Assembly (NCBI GenBank): GCA_900768135.1 | Contig: CAAGBT010000055.1 | Coordinates: 113,852 to 177,851 of the forward strand | DNA: 64,000 nucleotides | DNA from: an uncultured Oscillospiraceae bacterium | Lineage (GTDB): Bacteria > Bacillota > Clostridia > Oscillospirales > Oscillospiraceae | Direction of reading: 5' to 3' | Shown: one piece after another, positions 43,471 to 52,324 of the stretch | Position numbering within the stretch: the stretch's first letter is position 1 | How the letters are laid out: every line of letters starts with the position of its first letter | Notes under the pieces: generated by a model | What the model was told of the DNA's origin: nothing | The model's database searches: none | What the model saw: only the letters and a program-made list of their open reading frames with translations | Position numbers and translations under genes: made by a program

Positions 43471-43477
43471 TTCGACA
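43471..43477 (+). promoter_or_regulatory. Spo0A-box (TTCGACA, the reverse complement of TGTCGAA) in the AT-rich spo0A upstream region
   Basis: Exact 7-mer consensus 0A box about 135 nt upstream of the spo0A start. A second 5/7 box, TGTCTGA, lies about 25 nt downstream of it. Confidence 0.4.
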
Positions 43478-43609
43478 AAGTTCTGTTGAAATTGCTGTCT
43501 GAATATGGTAACTTATGTTCAGGTAAGGCAAGGGCAGAATTGTTTTGCCGGAGGGACGCGCCGGATGGGCGAGCCAATAAATTTGTGTGATAAAAAGGAC
43601 GGGAATGAC

Positions 43610-44368
43610 ATGGAGAACAGGAGTACGATCGTTTTGGCAGACGCGAACGAGGAGTTTCGTTCCTCGCTTCAGCAGGCGATAGAGGAAACGGGCGAATTTA
43701 CAGTCGTGGGAAGCACGGGCGACGGAATGGCGGCGCTCCAGCTGGTAGCGGAGCTGCGGCCGCAGCTGCTTGTTGCCGATCTTCTTCTGCCTTCGCTGGA
43801 CGGTTTCGGCCTGCTGGAGCGGATGGAGAGTGCAAAGGTGCAGGCAAAGACGATCGTAGTATCTGCGCTTTACCGCGATCAAATCGTTGCGCAGGCGGTA
43901 AATATGGGAGTTTCCTTCTTTATGCCCAAGCCCTGCGAGCTGCCCTCCCTCATCGAGCGGCTGCGTCAGGCGGCGGCTGAAGGCGCTGCCGGGCTGGAGG
44001 ATGAGCCGCAGGCGCTGGAGCGCGAGGTGACGGCGGTCATCCATGAGGTCGGCGTTCCGGCACACATCAAAGGGTATCAGTATGTCCGAGAGGCGATCGT
44101 TATCGCCGTGCAGGATATGGACGTGATCAACGCTGTGACCAAAGTCCTCTATCCCGAGGTCGCGCGCCGCTATAGCACAACGCCCTCGCGCGTGGAGTGC
44201 GCCGTGCGCCATGCGATCGAGGTCGCGTGGGACCGCGGCGACCTGGAGACCCTCCAGCGCTATTTTGGCTATACCGTCTCCAACACCAAGGGCAAGCCGA
44301 CCAACAGCGAATTCATCGCTATGATCGCCGACCGCATCCGTTTACAACGAAAGGTCCGGAGAGCGTGA
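43610..44368 (+). CDS. spo0A: Sporulation master regulator Spo0A
   Basis: The receiver domain is followed by the highly conserved Spo0A_C effector domain (..[58 protein letters not shown]..). Confidence 0.95.
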   Translation: [252 protein letters not shown]

Positions 44369-44384
44369 ATCCGGACTGAAAAGC

Positions 44385-44423
44385 ACCGCCCCGCAGATAA
44401 AACTCTGCGGGGCGGTATTTTAT
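44385..44423. terminator. Bidirectional rho-independent terminator between spo0A and the convergent htrA transcript
   Basis: ACCGCCCCGCAG-ataaaact-CTGCGGGGCGGT followed by ATTTTATGGTTTTTT. Confidence 0.6.
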
Positions 44424-44545
44424 GGTTTTTTCTGTGCCGCTTTCTTTTTCTTCATGCGCCGCTCAATGCCGCGCAGCCCCAGCAGACAGAGCCAGGAGGC
44501 TGCGCCGAGCAGAAGCGAACCAAGCGCAAATTCTTTCTTTTTCAT
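44420..44545 (-). CDS. Candidate 41-aa single-pass membrane microprotein downstream of htrA
   Basis: GAGGAGG RBS 6 nt upstream of the ATG. The sequence is MKKKEFALGSLLLGAASWLCLLGLRGIERRMKKKKAAQKKP, a hydrophobic core with Lys-rich ends. It lies 10 nt after the htrA stop and ends directly at the terminator. Confidence 0.3.
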   Translation of the reverse strand: MKKKEFALGSLLLGAASWLCLLGLRGIERRMKKKKAAQKKP

Positions 44546-44555
44546 GCAGACCTCC

Positions 44556-45875
44556 TCAGTTCTCCAGCGCGCGCAGCACAACGCCAACGGTAAAGCGCCG
44601 GCCATCCCGTTCAATAACGAGCGTGAGCGTGTCGCCTGCCTCGTGACGGCGGCGGATGCGAAGCAGATCGGCAGAGGAAGCAAGCGCCTCGCCGTCTGCC
44701 GTGACGATCCGGTCATCCACCTGAATGCCGGCCTCATCGCCCGGCCCGCCGGGCGTGACCTCCATGACCGTAAGCGCGGTCTCGCCGCTGTCCAGCGTGA
44801 CGGATGCAATGGATACGGAAACGCCGAGTACGACCTCGGGCCGGATCTTACCAAAGGCGATCAGGTCGTTGACCATATAGGCGGCGGAAGAGATGGGGAT
44901 CGCAAATCCAAGCCCCTCCACGCTGGCATCGGACGAGGAACCCATTTTCATCGTGTTGATGCCGATGACCTGCCCGTACTGGTTGATCAGCGGGCCGCCG
45001 GAGTTGCCGTTGTTGAGCGCGGCATTGGTCTGGATCAGCGTCATGGTGGCGCCGTCCACATAAACGTCGCGGTTGATGGCGGAGACGATGCCGTCGGTCA
45101 GTGTGCCGCGCAGCTCCACGCCGAGCGGGTTGCCGATAGCGTAAACAGGGTCGCCGACGGTCAGCGCATCGGAATTGCCGAACTCTGCGGCGGGAAGGCC
45201 GCTTCCGTCGATCTTGAGGACGGCGAGATCCTTTTCCTCGTCCAGCCCGAGCAGACGCGCGGGATAGTCTTCCCCCGTGTCGAGCGCAACATAGCATTCC
45301 GAGCCGCCGGCAACAACGTGCGCATTGGTAAGGATATAGCCGTCTTCCGTAATGATCACCCCTGTGCCGACCATGGCGCTGCCGTCGCGCATGCCGGTAA
45401 GAACAGTGACGGTGGAGGGATTGACCTTTTTGTAAATGTCCTGAATGCTCAGCGCCTTGCCGTGGCTCTCACTATAGACGAGCCTGACGTCTGCCGTGTG
45501 CGGGGCGCGGCGGATCGTCGTCGCGCCGCGGTCGGTATCGTTGTAGTAGCCGTCCTCCTCGCGGTATTCAAAGCGCCCGTCCCAGTAAGAGCCGAAGTCG
45601 TTGTCGATGTAGAAGTCTCCGCTGCGGTCGGAAAGGAGATACCATGCCGTCACGCCGCCGCTGACGAGCAGCAGCGCGAGCATGGAGAGCAGGAAAATAC
45701 GCACGCCGCGCTTTCTGCGGCGCGGAGAAATGGGGGGCGCTTCCCTGCGCCGCCCGGGCAGCGGCGCAGGCTGGATGTAGTATTCTACTACCGGAACGGG
45801 CTGCGCCTCGTAGCACAGTATGACCTCCTGCGGCGCACCGGCGCGCGGCGCCATATTCTCGTTGGGCTGATCCAT
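44556..45875 (-). CDS. htrA: HtrA/DegP-family serine protease (trypsin-like domain plus PDZ) with a TM anchor
   Basis: The catalytic triad regions are present: TNAHVV, DLAVLKI and GNSGGPL. A C-terminal PDZ domain is present. The start MDQPNEN is preceded by CAGGAG. Confidence 0.85.
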   Translation of the reverse strand: MDQPNENMAPRAGAPQEVILCYEAQPVPVVEYYIQPAPLPGRRREAPPISPRRRKRGVRIFLLSMLALLLVSGGVTAWYLLSDRSGDFYIDNDFGSYWDGRFEYREEDGYYNDTDRGATTIRRAPHTADVRLVYSESHGKALSIQDIYKKVNPSTVTVLTGMRDGSAMVGTGVIITEDGYILTNAHVVAGGSECYVALDTGEDYPARLLGLDEEKDLAVLKIDGSGLPAAEFGNSDALTVGDPVYAIGNPLGVELRGTLTDGIVSAINRDVYVDGATMTLIQTNAALNNGNSGGPLINQYGQVIGINTMKMGSSSDASVEGLGFAIPISSAAYMVNDLIAFGKIRPEVVLGVSVSIASVTLDSGETALTVMEVTPGGPGDEAGIQVDDRIVTADGEALASSADLLRIRRRHEAGDTLTLVIERDGRRFTVGVVLRALEN

Positions 45876-45895
45876 AAATCGCTCCTGTCCGGCGG

Positions 45896-47392
45896 TCACT
45901 GCGGGGAGGACCCGTTCGCCAGAGTAATGGTAAAGGTAAAGGTCGTTACGCCGTTTTCGCTGGTCACGGCGATATGCTCCTTGTGCTGCTCCAGAATGGT
46001 CTTGACCACATAAAGCCCGAGTCCCACGCCGTCTTTGTCCTCGGAGCGGGATTTGTCGCTTTTGTGGAAGCGCTCGAACAGCAGCGGGATCTCTTCGGCT
46101 GGAATGGTGCCGCCCTCGTTGCGGACGGAAACAAGCGCCTTGCCGTTGGACGTGGTGACGCCGAGATAGAGCGCAGAGCCTGCACGGGCAAACTTTGCCG
46201 CGTTTTCCAGCAGGTTGTAGACGACCTGCGTGATGAGGTCGTTGTCGCCCAGCACCATGACGCCGCTGTCGGGAATGTCGGCCTCCACGTCCAGCCCGCG
46301 GTCGGTGATCTTCTTTTCCATGGAGATGAGGACGCGGCGCATGCTTTCGCATACATCGAAGGGGGCCTTGGTGCGGTTAAGGTCGCGCGACTGGAGCTGC
46401 GCGACCTCGAGCATCCGGCGCACCAGACGCGAGAGCCGCCGCGCTTCATCGGAGATGATGCGCAGGTACTGCGTCTCCTGCTCCGGCGGGATCGTGCCGT
46501 CCAGAATGCCGTCGGTATATCCGGCGATGGTGGTCATCGGCGTTTTCAGCTCGTGGGAAACGTTGGCAATGAATTCGCGGCGCTGCCGCTCTGTTTCCTG
46601 CAAGGAATCCGCCATGTTGTTGAACGACTCCGCCAGCTCGGCGATCTCGGTCACGTCCTCGTAGTTGTGCATCCGCACGTCGAAATTGCCCTCGGCAAAG
46701 CGGCGCGTCGCCTCCGCCATCTCGCGGATGGGGCGCGACTGGCGCATACTGACCCATGCGCTTACGACGAACGAGAGCAGCAGCACCGTTACCGCCGTCA
46801 TGAAAAACATTCCGATGAATGCGCGCCACATCGTCGTCAGCGCGCGCGCGCCGGTCACGGCAAGCACAAAGCCGACCGTTGCGCCGCCTGTCAGGATGGG
46901 AACGCCGACCACGAAATGCGTATCCTCATAGATGCCGCCGAGCGTGGTGCGCACAGCATAGGGGTCGGCGCTCATTGCGCCGTTTATCACATCTTCGGGA
47001 ACGCTCAGGATCTGCCCGGCAAGCGCAGGGTCGGTGGTCAGCAGCACACTGCCCTCGCTGTTGCATATAAGGAACTGCGCGTCCGTCACGTTGGAGGCAA
47101 AGTCCGCGAAGTCCTGCAGCTCCGCGCGCGAGCCGCTTTCAATGTAGGATGATATTTTGTGCGAAACGATGCTTGCCTTGCTCTGCATCTGTTCGCTGCG
47201 CTCGTCCAGCGCATAGGAGTAGGTCAGCGCGAAGAAGGCGCTGCCCAGCAGCGCAAGCGTCAGCATCACAACGCTGGCCGTGAGCATGAAGTTCTGCCAG
47301 TAGATCGTGCGGCAGCGGTCGGGCAGGTGCCAGCGCTTCTTCCCTCCGGCCTTCTTCTGCGGCTGCTTCTGTTCTTTGGTTTCTTCTGCCAT
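45896..47392 (-). CDS. Sensor histidine kinase (two TM helices, about 150-aa extracytoplasmic loop, HAMP, HisKA and HATPase domains), CssS-like
   Basis: The H-box is FIANVSHELKTPMTTI, followed by N/G1/G2 boxes. It sits downstream of an OmpR-type response regulator and upstream of htrA. Confidence 0.85.
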   Translation of the reverse strand: MAEETKEQKQPQKKAGGKKRWHLPDRCRTIYWQNFMLTASVVMLTLALLGSAFFALTYSYALDERSEQMQSKASIVSHKISSYIESGSRAELQDFADFASNVTDAQFLICNSEGSVLLTTDPALAGQILSVPEDVINGAMSADPYAVRTTLGGIYEDTHFVVGVPILTGGATVGFVLAVTGARALTTMWRAFIGMFFMTAVTVLLLSFVVSAWVSMRQSRPIREMAEATRRFAEGNFDVRMHNYEDVTEIAELAESFNNMADSLQETERQRREFIANVSHELKTPMTTIAGYTDGILDGTIPPEQETQYLRIISDEARRLSRLVRRMLEVAQLQSRDLNRTKAPFDVCESMRRVLISMEKKITDRGLDVEADIPDSGVMVLGDNDLITQVVYNLLENAAKFARAGSALYLGVTTSNGKALVSVRNEGGTIPAEEIPLLFERFHKSDKSRSEDKDGVGLGLYVVKTILEQHKEHIAVTSENGVTTFTFTITLANGSSPQ

Positions 47393-47399
47393 GGCGGTA

Positions 47400-48080
47400 T
47401 TACTTTACTTCAAATTTGTAGCCAACGCCCCAAACGGTCTTGAGCGCCCACTGGTCGCTGACGTTTTCCACCTTTTCGCGCAGCCGCTTGACGTGTACGT
47501 CCACCGTGCGGGAGTCGCCGAAGTAGTCGAAGCCCCACACCTCGTCGAGCAGCTGGTTGCGCGTATAGACGCGGTTGGGCGTGGAGGCAAGATGATAGAG
47601 CAGCTCCAGCTCTTTGGGCGGCGTATCGATCTTTTTGCCGTCCACGATCAGCTCGTAAGAGTCGAGGTCGATGATCAGCTTGTCGAACACCAGGCGCTTG
47701 CGCGTATCCTCCGGGATCTCGCTGCGGCGCAGCACGGCATTGATGCGTGCCAGCAGCTCCTTCATCTCAAAGGGCTTGACGACATAGTCGTCCGCACCCA
47801 TCTCAAGGCCGTGGATACGGTCGTTCACCTCGCCCTTGGCGGTAAGCATGATGATGGGACACTTGGAGGTCTCGCGGATCCTGGCGCACACGCCCCAGCC
47901 GTCCAGCACGGGGAGCATGACGTCGAGCAGCACGAGATCCGGCTCCTGCGCCTTGAATTCCTCCACCGCCTTGCCGCCGTCGGCGGCGATGCGAACGTCG
48001 AAGCCCTCTTTGTCGAGGTACATTTTGATCAGGTTGGAGATGTTGTTGTCATCCTCCACAACAAGAATATTGCGAGCCAT
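47400..48080 (-). CDS. OmpR-family response regulator, CssR-like
   Basis: Receiver domain (ILVVEDDNNISNL..LDVMLPVLDG) with a winged-helix trans_reg_C domain (..WGVGYKFEV). Confidence 0.85.
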   Translation of the reverse strand: MARNILVVEDDNNISNLIKMYLDKEGFDVRIAADGGKAVEEFKAQEPDLVLLDVMLPVLDGWGVCARIRETSKCPIIMLTAKGEVNDRIHGLEMGADDYVVKPFEMKELLARINAVLRRSEIPEDTRKRLVFDKLIIDLDSYELIVDGKKIDTPPKELELLYHLASTPNRVYTRNQLLDEVWGFDYFGDSRTVDVHVKRLREKVENVSDQWALKTVWGVGYKFEVK

Positions 48081-48201
48081 GCCGATTCCCTTTCGCACAG
48101 AGGTGCGCCTTTCTGCTGAGTTGGAGTTTCTTTTGCTTTATGGTTATTATACGCGATATTGCGCGCTTTTCCTGAACAATTTGTTAAAGGATCGCCGCTT
48201 T

Positions 48202-49329
48202 TTACGCCTCGCGCTGCGCTGACAGCTCGCTCAGCTGCGAGATGGGGCAGGACGATGCGCGCAGGCGGGCGAGCAGCGTGTTCCAGATGTCCTGCGCGGC
48301 GCTGTCCGCGCCGAGACAGACGGCGCAGCCGCCGCGGCGGGCGAGAGAAAGAATGCGGCTTGCCGCGCGCGAGGAGGAGGGAAGCTCGCCGCTGTAGTCA
48401 AGGTCGAGCGTAATGGGGCAATAGCCTGCCTCCTGCACGGCGCGTACCGTTGCCTCAGAAGCGCCGCTCAGATACACCAGGCGCGTTTTGGCGTTGCAGG
48501 CGGCCCAGAGGGCGCGGTTGCCGCGCTCAATGGCGCCAAGCGTGCGCGAAGCGCCGCCTGAGGCGTCGATGTCCAGCGCGGCGGCGCTGCCGCTGATAAG
48601 CAGCCGCCGCAGCAGGTCGCCGGATTCCGGCAGCTGCTTTTCCGAAAAGAGGAAGGTCGCCCTGCCGCTAACATCGGCAAGCGCATCGAGCAGCGCGGCG
48701 CTCGCCTGCGCGTCGGTTACGCGCACGATGAGATAGGCGCGGTCAAGGCTGTCGTCCGTGTTGATGTTCGGAACTTCGGGCGTACTGCCGCCATCGTTGT
48801 AGGTCTTCAGGTATTCGGTATAGCGCTGCTCCATGGCGGAGGAGGCAGCCTCGATAAACTTGGCGTCCGGCAGCACTACCGCATCGCTCTTGAGCCGCAC
48901 AAGGTAGCCGTAGGCGACGCGGGTGTAGCTGTAGTCGAGCGCAAAGAACTGCGTGAGCAGATCGACGGGCAGAAACACCACATCGCCGCGCACGATGGCG
49001 GGGGAGCCGTACTGCTTTCCGTCCTGGTCCGCAACGCTTCCGGAGGAGAGGTCAAACGTGAGCGCGCTGCCCTGCCGGTAAACAACGGCGGTCTGCTTGT
49101 CGCGGCTGAGCGCATAGAATACGCCGAGATCCGTGCCGGAGACGGCCGTATAGGGAACATACAGCCGCCCGCCTGACCAGAAGGGCATCGTGCTGTCGTT
49201 CAGATCCGGCAGCAGCTGGTCGTTTACAGAGATGAAGTAGACGGTCGGATCGGCGCGGCCGGTCTCAGGCGCAAGCGAGCAGAGCAGCAGCGCCGCAAGA
49301 AGAAGACTGAGAAACCGACGGTATTGCAA
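48202..49329 (-). CDS. Secreted protein with tandem copper-amine-oxidase-N-like (stalk) repeats and an uncharacterised C-terminal domain
   Basis: A signal peptide is present. The repeated pattern ..GRLYVPYTAVSGTDLGVFYAL.. / ..RGDVVFLPVDLLTQFFALDYSY.. gives a weak family assignment. Confidence 0.4.
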   Translation of the reverse strand: MQYRRFLSLLLAALLLCSLAPETGRADPTVYFISVNDQLLPDLNDSTMPFWSGGRLYVPYTAVSGTDLGVFYALSRDKQTAVVYRQGSALTFDLSSGSVADQDGKQYGSPAIVRGDVVFLPVDLLTQFFALDYSYTRVAYGYLVRLKSDAVVLPDAKFIEAASSAMEQRYTEYLKTYNDGGSTPEVPNINTDDSLDRAYLIVRVTDAQASAALLDALADVSGRATFLFSEKQLPESGDLLRRLLISGSAAALDIDASGGASRTLGAIERGNRALWAACNAKTRLVYLSGASEATVRAVQEAGYCPITLDLDYSGELPSSSRAASRILSLARRGGCAVCLGADSAAQDIWNTLLARLRASSCPISQLSELSAQREA

Positions 49330-49400
49330 GACCTTTCCCTCCTCTGCCGTTTAATCATCACAGTATAGCAGATTTTTGCGCGTTTTGCAATATCTGAGCG

Positions 49401-50477
49401 TCATTCCCCGGCGTCATAGCCTACGGTGGCGCCGGAAAAATAGTGCTGCACGATCTCTTCAGCCGAACGGCCCTCCATGGCCATCGCATTCGCTCCGTAC
49501 TGGCTCATGCCGACGCCGTGTCCGTAGCCGGTGACATGAAAGGTAAAGGTATCGCCGCTGAAGTCCACTGTGAACGCGGGAGAGCGCAGCGAGAGGAGCA
49601 TCCGCAGGTCGTTTCCGCGCAGCACAACGCCGCCCACGGCGAGCGAGGCGACATAGTCCGACTCGTTGCGCACGATATCGCGGATCCATCCTGCGGGATC
49701 GCCGGAGAGATCGGCCTCCGGATATGCGGCAAGAAAGCGTTCCTTGAATTCTGCGGCGGAAAAGGCGGAGACGGAATAATAGTTCGGCACAAGCGTCTCG
49801 TCCTCGGGGCTGTCCACACTGCGCAGATATGGCAGATCGCTCAGCCAGACGTCGCCCGCGCCCTGCGTGCTGCCATCGGCGGAGGAAAAGAAGACCGCAA
49901 GGATGGGCGCGCCGTCGTAAAGGATGATTTCGCCGTCTGTTTCGCTTACGGCGCGCGCAAGCTTCTCCTCGTAACGGGCCGCCATGCTTCCCCAGCCCTC
50001 TGCCGCCTGCTCTGCGGTTTTGTACGCCTTGCAGCAGTTGATATCGTCGCAGGCGTCGGCGCTGGGGTGGTTCGCGCTCCCACCGCCCCGGATGCGGTAG
50101 AGCGTATAGGTGCGTGCGGCGATCGCCTGCGCCTTGAGCGCTTCCGGCTCGAACGAGGCGGGCATCTCGGCGCGCAGCACGCCGAGGAGATAGGTCCCCA
50201 TGTCCATCTCCGTGATCTCGCCGCCATGCAGCACGCGCAGCGTCCTTGCGCTGTCACGGTCGCCCGGGGAAACGGGTGCGCCGTCCTGCGTGTGCTGTTC
50301 CGAAGCGTCCTGCGCGGGGGATTCCTCCGCGCTGCGGCCCGCAGCGGCCCAGGCGAGGCACCAGATCAGAGCAAGCAGCAGCACGGTGATGCGAAGATAC
50401 TGTTTCAAGGCGTTTTCCTCCTGTAAAATGTGGGATTCCCGGCTCTTCCTGCCAGTGTATGTCCGCACCGTCCGCAA
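49401..50477 (-). CDS. spoIID: SpoIID/LytB-domain protein (stage II sporulation protein D-like lytic transglycosylase)
   Basis: The hallmark sequences EALKAQAIAARTYTL and GYGHGVGMSQYGANAMA are present. The first in-frame start is TTG, so the true start is uncertain. Confidence 0.75.
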   Translation of the reverse strand: MRTVRTYTGRKSRESHILQEENALKQYLRITVLLLALIWCLAWAAAGRSAEESPAQDASEQHTQDGAPVSPGDRDSARTLRVLHGGEITEMDMGTYLLGVLRAEMPASFEPEALKAQAIAARTYTLYRIRGGGSANHPSADACDDINCCKAYKTAEQAAEGWGSMAARYEEKLARAVSETDGEIILYDGAPILAVFFSSADGSTQGAGDVWLSDLPYLRSVDSPEDETLVPNYYSVSAFSAAEFKERFLAAYPEADLSGDPAGWIRDIVRNESDYVASLAVGGVVLRGNDLRMLLSLRSPAFTVDFSGDTFTFHVTGYGHGVGMSQYGANAMAMEGRSAEEIVQHYFSGATVGYDAGE

Positions 50478-50486
50478 AATGACGCA

Positions 50487-50515
50487 TGGACAAACGCGGG
50501 TATGTGTGGTATCAT
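50487..50515 (+). promoter_or_regulatory. Extended -10 promoter (TGGACA-17-TGgTATCAT) for the downstream membrane protein gene
   Basis: A -35-like TGGACA, 17-nt spacer and TG-extended TATCAT lie about 35 nt upstream of the ATG at 50549. Confidence 0.35.
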
Positions 50516-50548
50516 ACGGTAAAGCTTCGGCCTGCGCGGCCGCATAAG

Positions 50549-51316
50549 ATGATTTTTAGAAAGGCTCTGATCCTCATGAAGCTTCTCCATTGGATCCTCA
50601 TCGCGCTTCTTTCCGCTGCGGCGGCCTTCTGCCGCCTGCGGCTGCTGGCGTTCGGCTTCGATGAAAGCGGGATGCCCGTTCCTGCGGACCTGAACACGCT
50701 GGCGCTGCCGGTGCTGCTTGCCGCTGCGGCGCTCGCGCTGGCGCTGCTGGCGCGCCGCCTGCCCGCGCAGCGGGAGCTGTGCGCCGGGATGGACAGCTAT
50801 TTTGCCTTTTCCCGCACCACGCTGCCGATGATCTTGGTGGTGCTTGGCTGCTTTACGCAGATGGCCTCGGCGGCCGCCTCGCTGGTCTTTTCGCAGCGCA
50901 CTGCGGTCTCGCTGGTGCTGGCCGCGTTCCTTGCGGTGGGCGCGGTGTGCCTGCTGGCCGCGCTGTTTGCCCTGCGGCGGGAATCGGCGTTTCCAGGCGT
51001 GATTCTGCTTGTGCCGGTGTGCGCGCTGGTGCTGGCGCTGATCTTCTTTTACCGCGAACACGCGGCCGACCCGGTCCTGCGCCACTTCTATGTGGAAACG
51101 CTGGCGCTGGCGGCGCTTACGGTGCTGCTGGTCGAGTTTGCGGCGTTTGCGTTCCGCGGCGGCGCGCCGCGGCTGCTGATACCGGCGTGCGGCATGAGCG
51201 TGATCCTCTGCGCTGCGGCGCTGGCGGCTCTGCCGGCACTGCCGGAGCTGCTTTTCTATGCCGGCGGGCTGCTGCTTGCGCTGGGCATCGGCGCAGCGGC
51301 GGACTTTGACCCCTGA
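50549..51316 (+). CDS. Polytopic membrane protein of unknown function (Ala/Leu-rich)
   Basis: 6-8 predicted TM helices. The start was chosen downstream of the promoter-like element. No recognisable family. Confidence 0.35.
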   Translation: MIFRKALILMKLLHWILIALLSAAAAFCRLRLLAFGFDESGMPVPADLNTLALPVLLAAAALALALLARRLPAQRELCAGMDSYFAFSRTTLPMILVVLGCFTQMASAAASLVFSQRTAVSLVLAAFLAVGAVCLLAALFALRRESAFPGVILLVPVCALVLALIFFYREHAADPVLRHFYVETLALAALTVLLVEFAAFAFRGGAPRLLIPACGMSVILCAAALAALPALPELLFYAGGLLLALGIGAAADFDP

Positions 51317-51333
51317 CAAAAATGAGTAAAACG

Positions 51334-51362
51334 AAAAAGGACGCCAAAGGCGTCCTTTTTCT
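51334..51362. terminator. Rho-independent terminator
   Basis: AAAAAGGACGCC-aaa-GGCGTCCTTTTT. Confidence 0.55.
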
Positions 51363-51508
51363 TATAAGATGGAAGATTGGATGAAAAGAAGCTATTGTCT
51401 CTTGCAAGTATTACGATAAAGGACGGTTGTTAACAAAGTTCGGGGGAATGTGTTACAAAAGTATTAAATAAATCTGCTGTTATGTTAATCTGCGCCGGCG
51501 GCGGACGG

Positions 51509-52324
51509 TCAGCGGACGTATTCGCTGGCCGGGTGCTTGTCGCTTGCGTTGCAGCGCGGCAGGCGGTAAAGCGAGTCGCCATAGTGCGCCCGCCCATAGA
51601 CGCCGGAAAATGTGACGGAAAAATGCTCGCGCAGAAAGCTCTCCGCCCAGTCCTCCATATCGCCGAGCGGGTAGGTGAAGGCCGTGACCGGCTGCCCGGT
51701 CTCCGCCTCGATGCGCCGGATGCTTGTTTCCAGGTCGGGGAAGACGCGCGCGTCGTATTCCTCTTCCGTTTCGCCTTCCATGCGGTTGATGCCAAGCACC
51801 TCGTCGCGGATGTGGAGGTCGTTGGTGTGGGAGGCAAACTCTACAAGACCGCTTGCCGCCATCTCCCGGCACTCGTCCCAGCTGAGAAAGCCGGGCTTCT
51901 CCGCGTCGATGCGCGAGGTGATGAGCGAGATCGTCGCCTTTGCGCCGTATTCCTGCAAAATGGGAAACGCATAGCGGTAGTTGCTCTCGTAGCCGTCGTC
52001 AAAGGTCAGCAGCACGGCCTTCTCCGGCAGGGGGCTTCCGTCGTCGCGGCAGCCGGCGGCCAGTTCGCGCGGGAGAACGGTCACATATCCGTGATCCCGC
52101 AGCCAGTCGAGGTCGCGGCGCAGTGCGCCGGTCGTCATCGTATAGTCCGTGATCTTTTCGGGGTCATCGGTGAAGTCGTGATATTCCAGCACTGTAAAAC
52201 GCCCCTTGGCGTCGTACGCCCGCCAGAGCAGAACGGCGCTCAGAAGGAGCAGCAGCGCAAGCGCGAGCATAAACAGCGATTTCTTCTTTTTTCTCAAACC
52301 GTCTCGTCTCCCTTTCCTCAGCAT
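51509..52324 (-). CDS. Polysaccharide deacetylase (NodB-homology domain, peptidoglycan/chitooligosaccharide deacetylase family)
   Basis: TM anchor. NodB motifs are present (LTFDDGYESNY; catalytic His region HTNDLH). Confidence 0.75.
   Translation of the reverse strand: MLRKGRRDGLRKKKKSLFMLALALLLLLSAVLLWRAYDAKGRFTVLEYHDFTDDPEKITDYTMTTGALRRDLDWLRDHGYVTVLPRELAAGCRDDGSPLPEKAVLLTFDDGYESNYRYAFPILQEYGAKATISLITSRIDAEKPGFLSWDECREMAASGLVEFASHTNDLHIRDEVLGINRMEGETEEEYDARVFPDLETSIRRIEAETGQPVTAFTYPLGDMEDWAESFLREHFSVTFSGVYGRAHYGDSLYRLPRCNASDKHPASEYVR

Noticed and set aside
44546-44854. 144-aa minus-strand ORF (44420..44854) overlapping the 3' end of htrA
   Set aside because: Most of it overlaps the htrA coding sequence in another frame. 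Only the last 41 codons (44420..44545), preceded by a strong RBS, are plausible as an independent gene.
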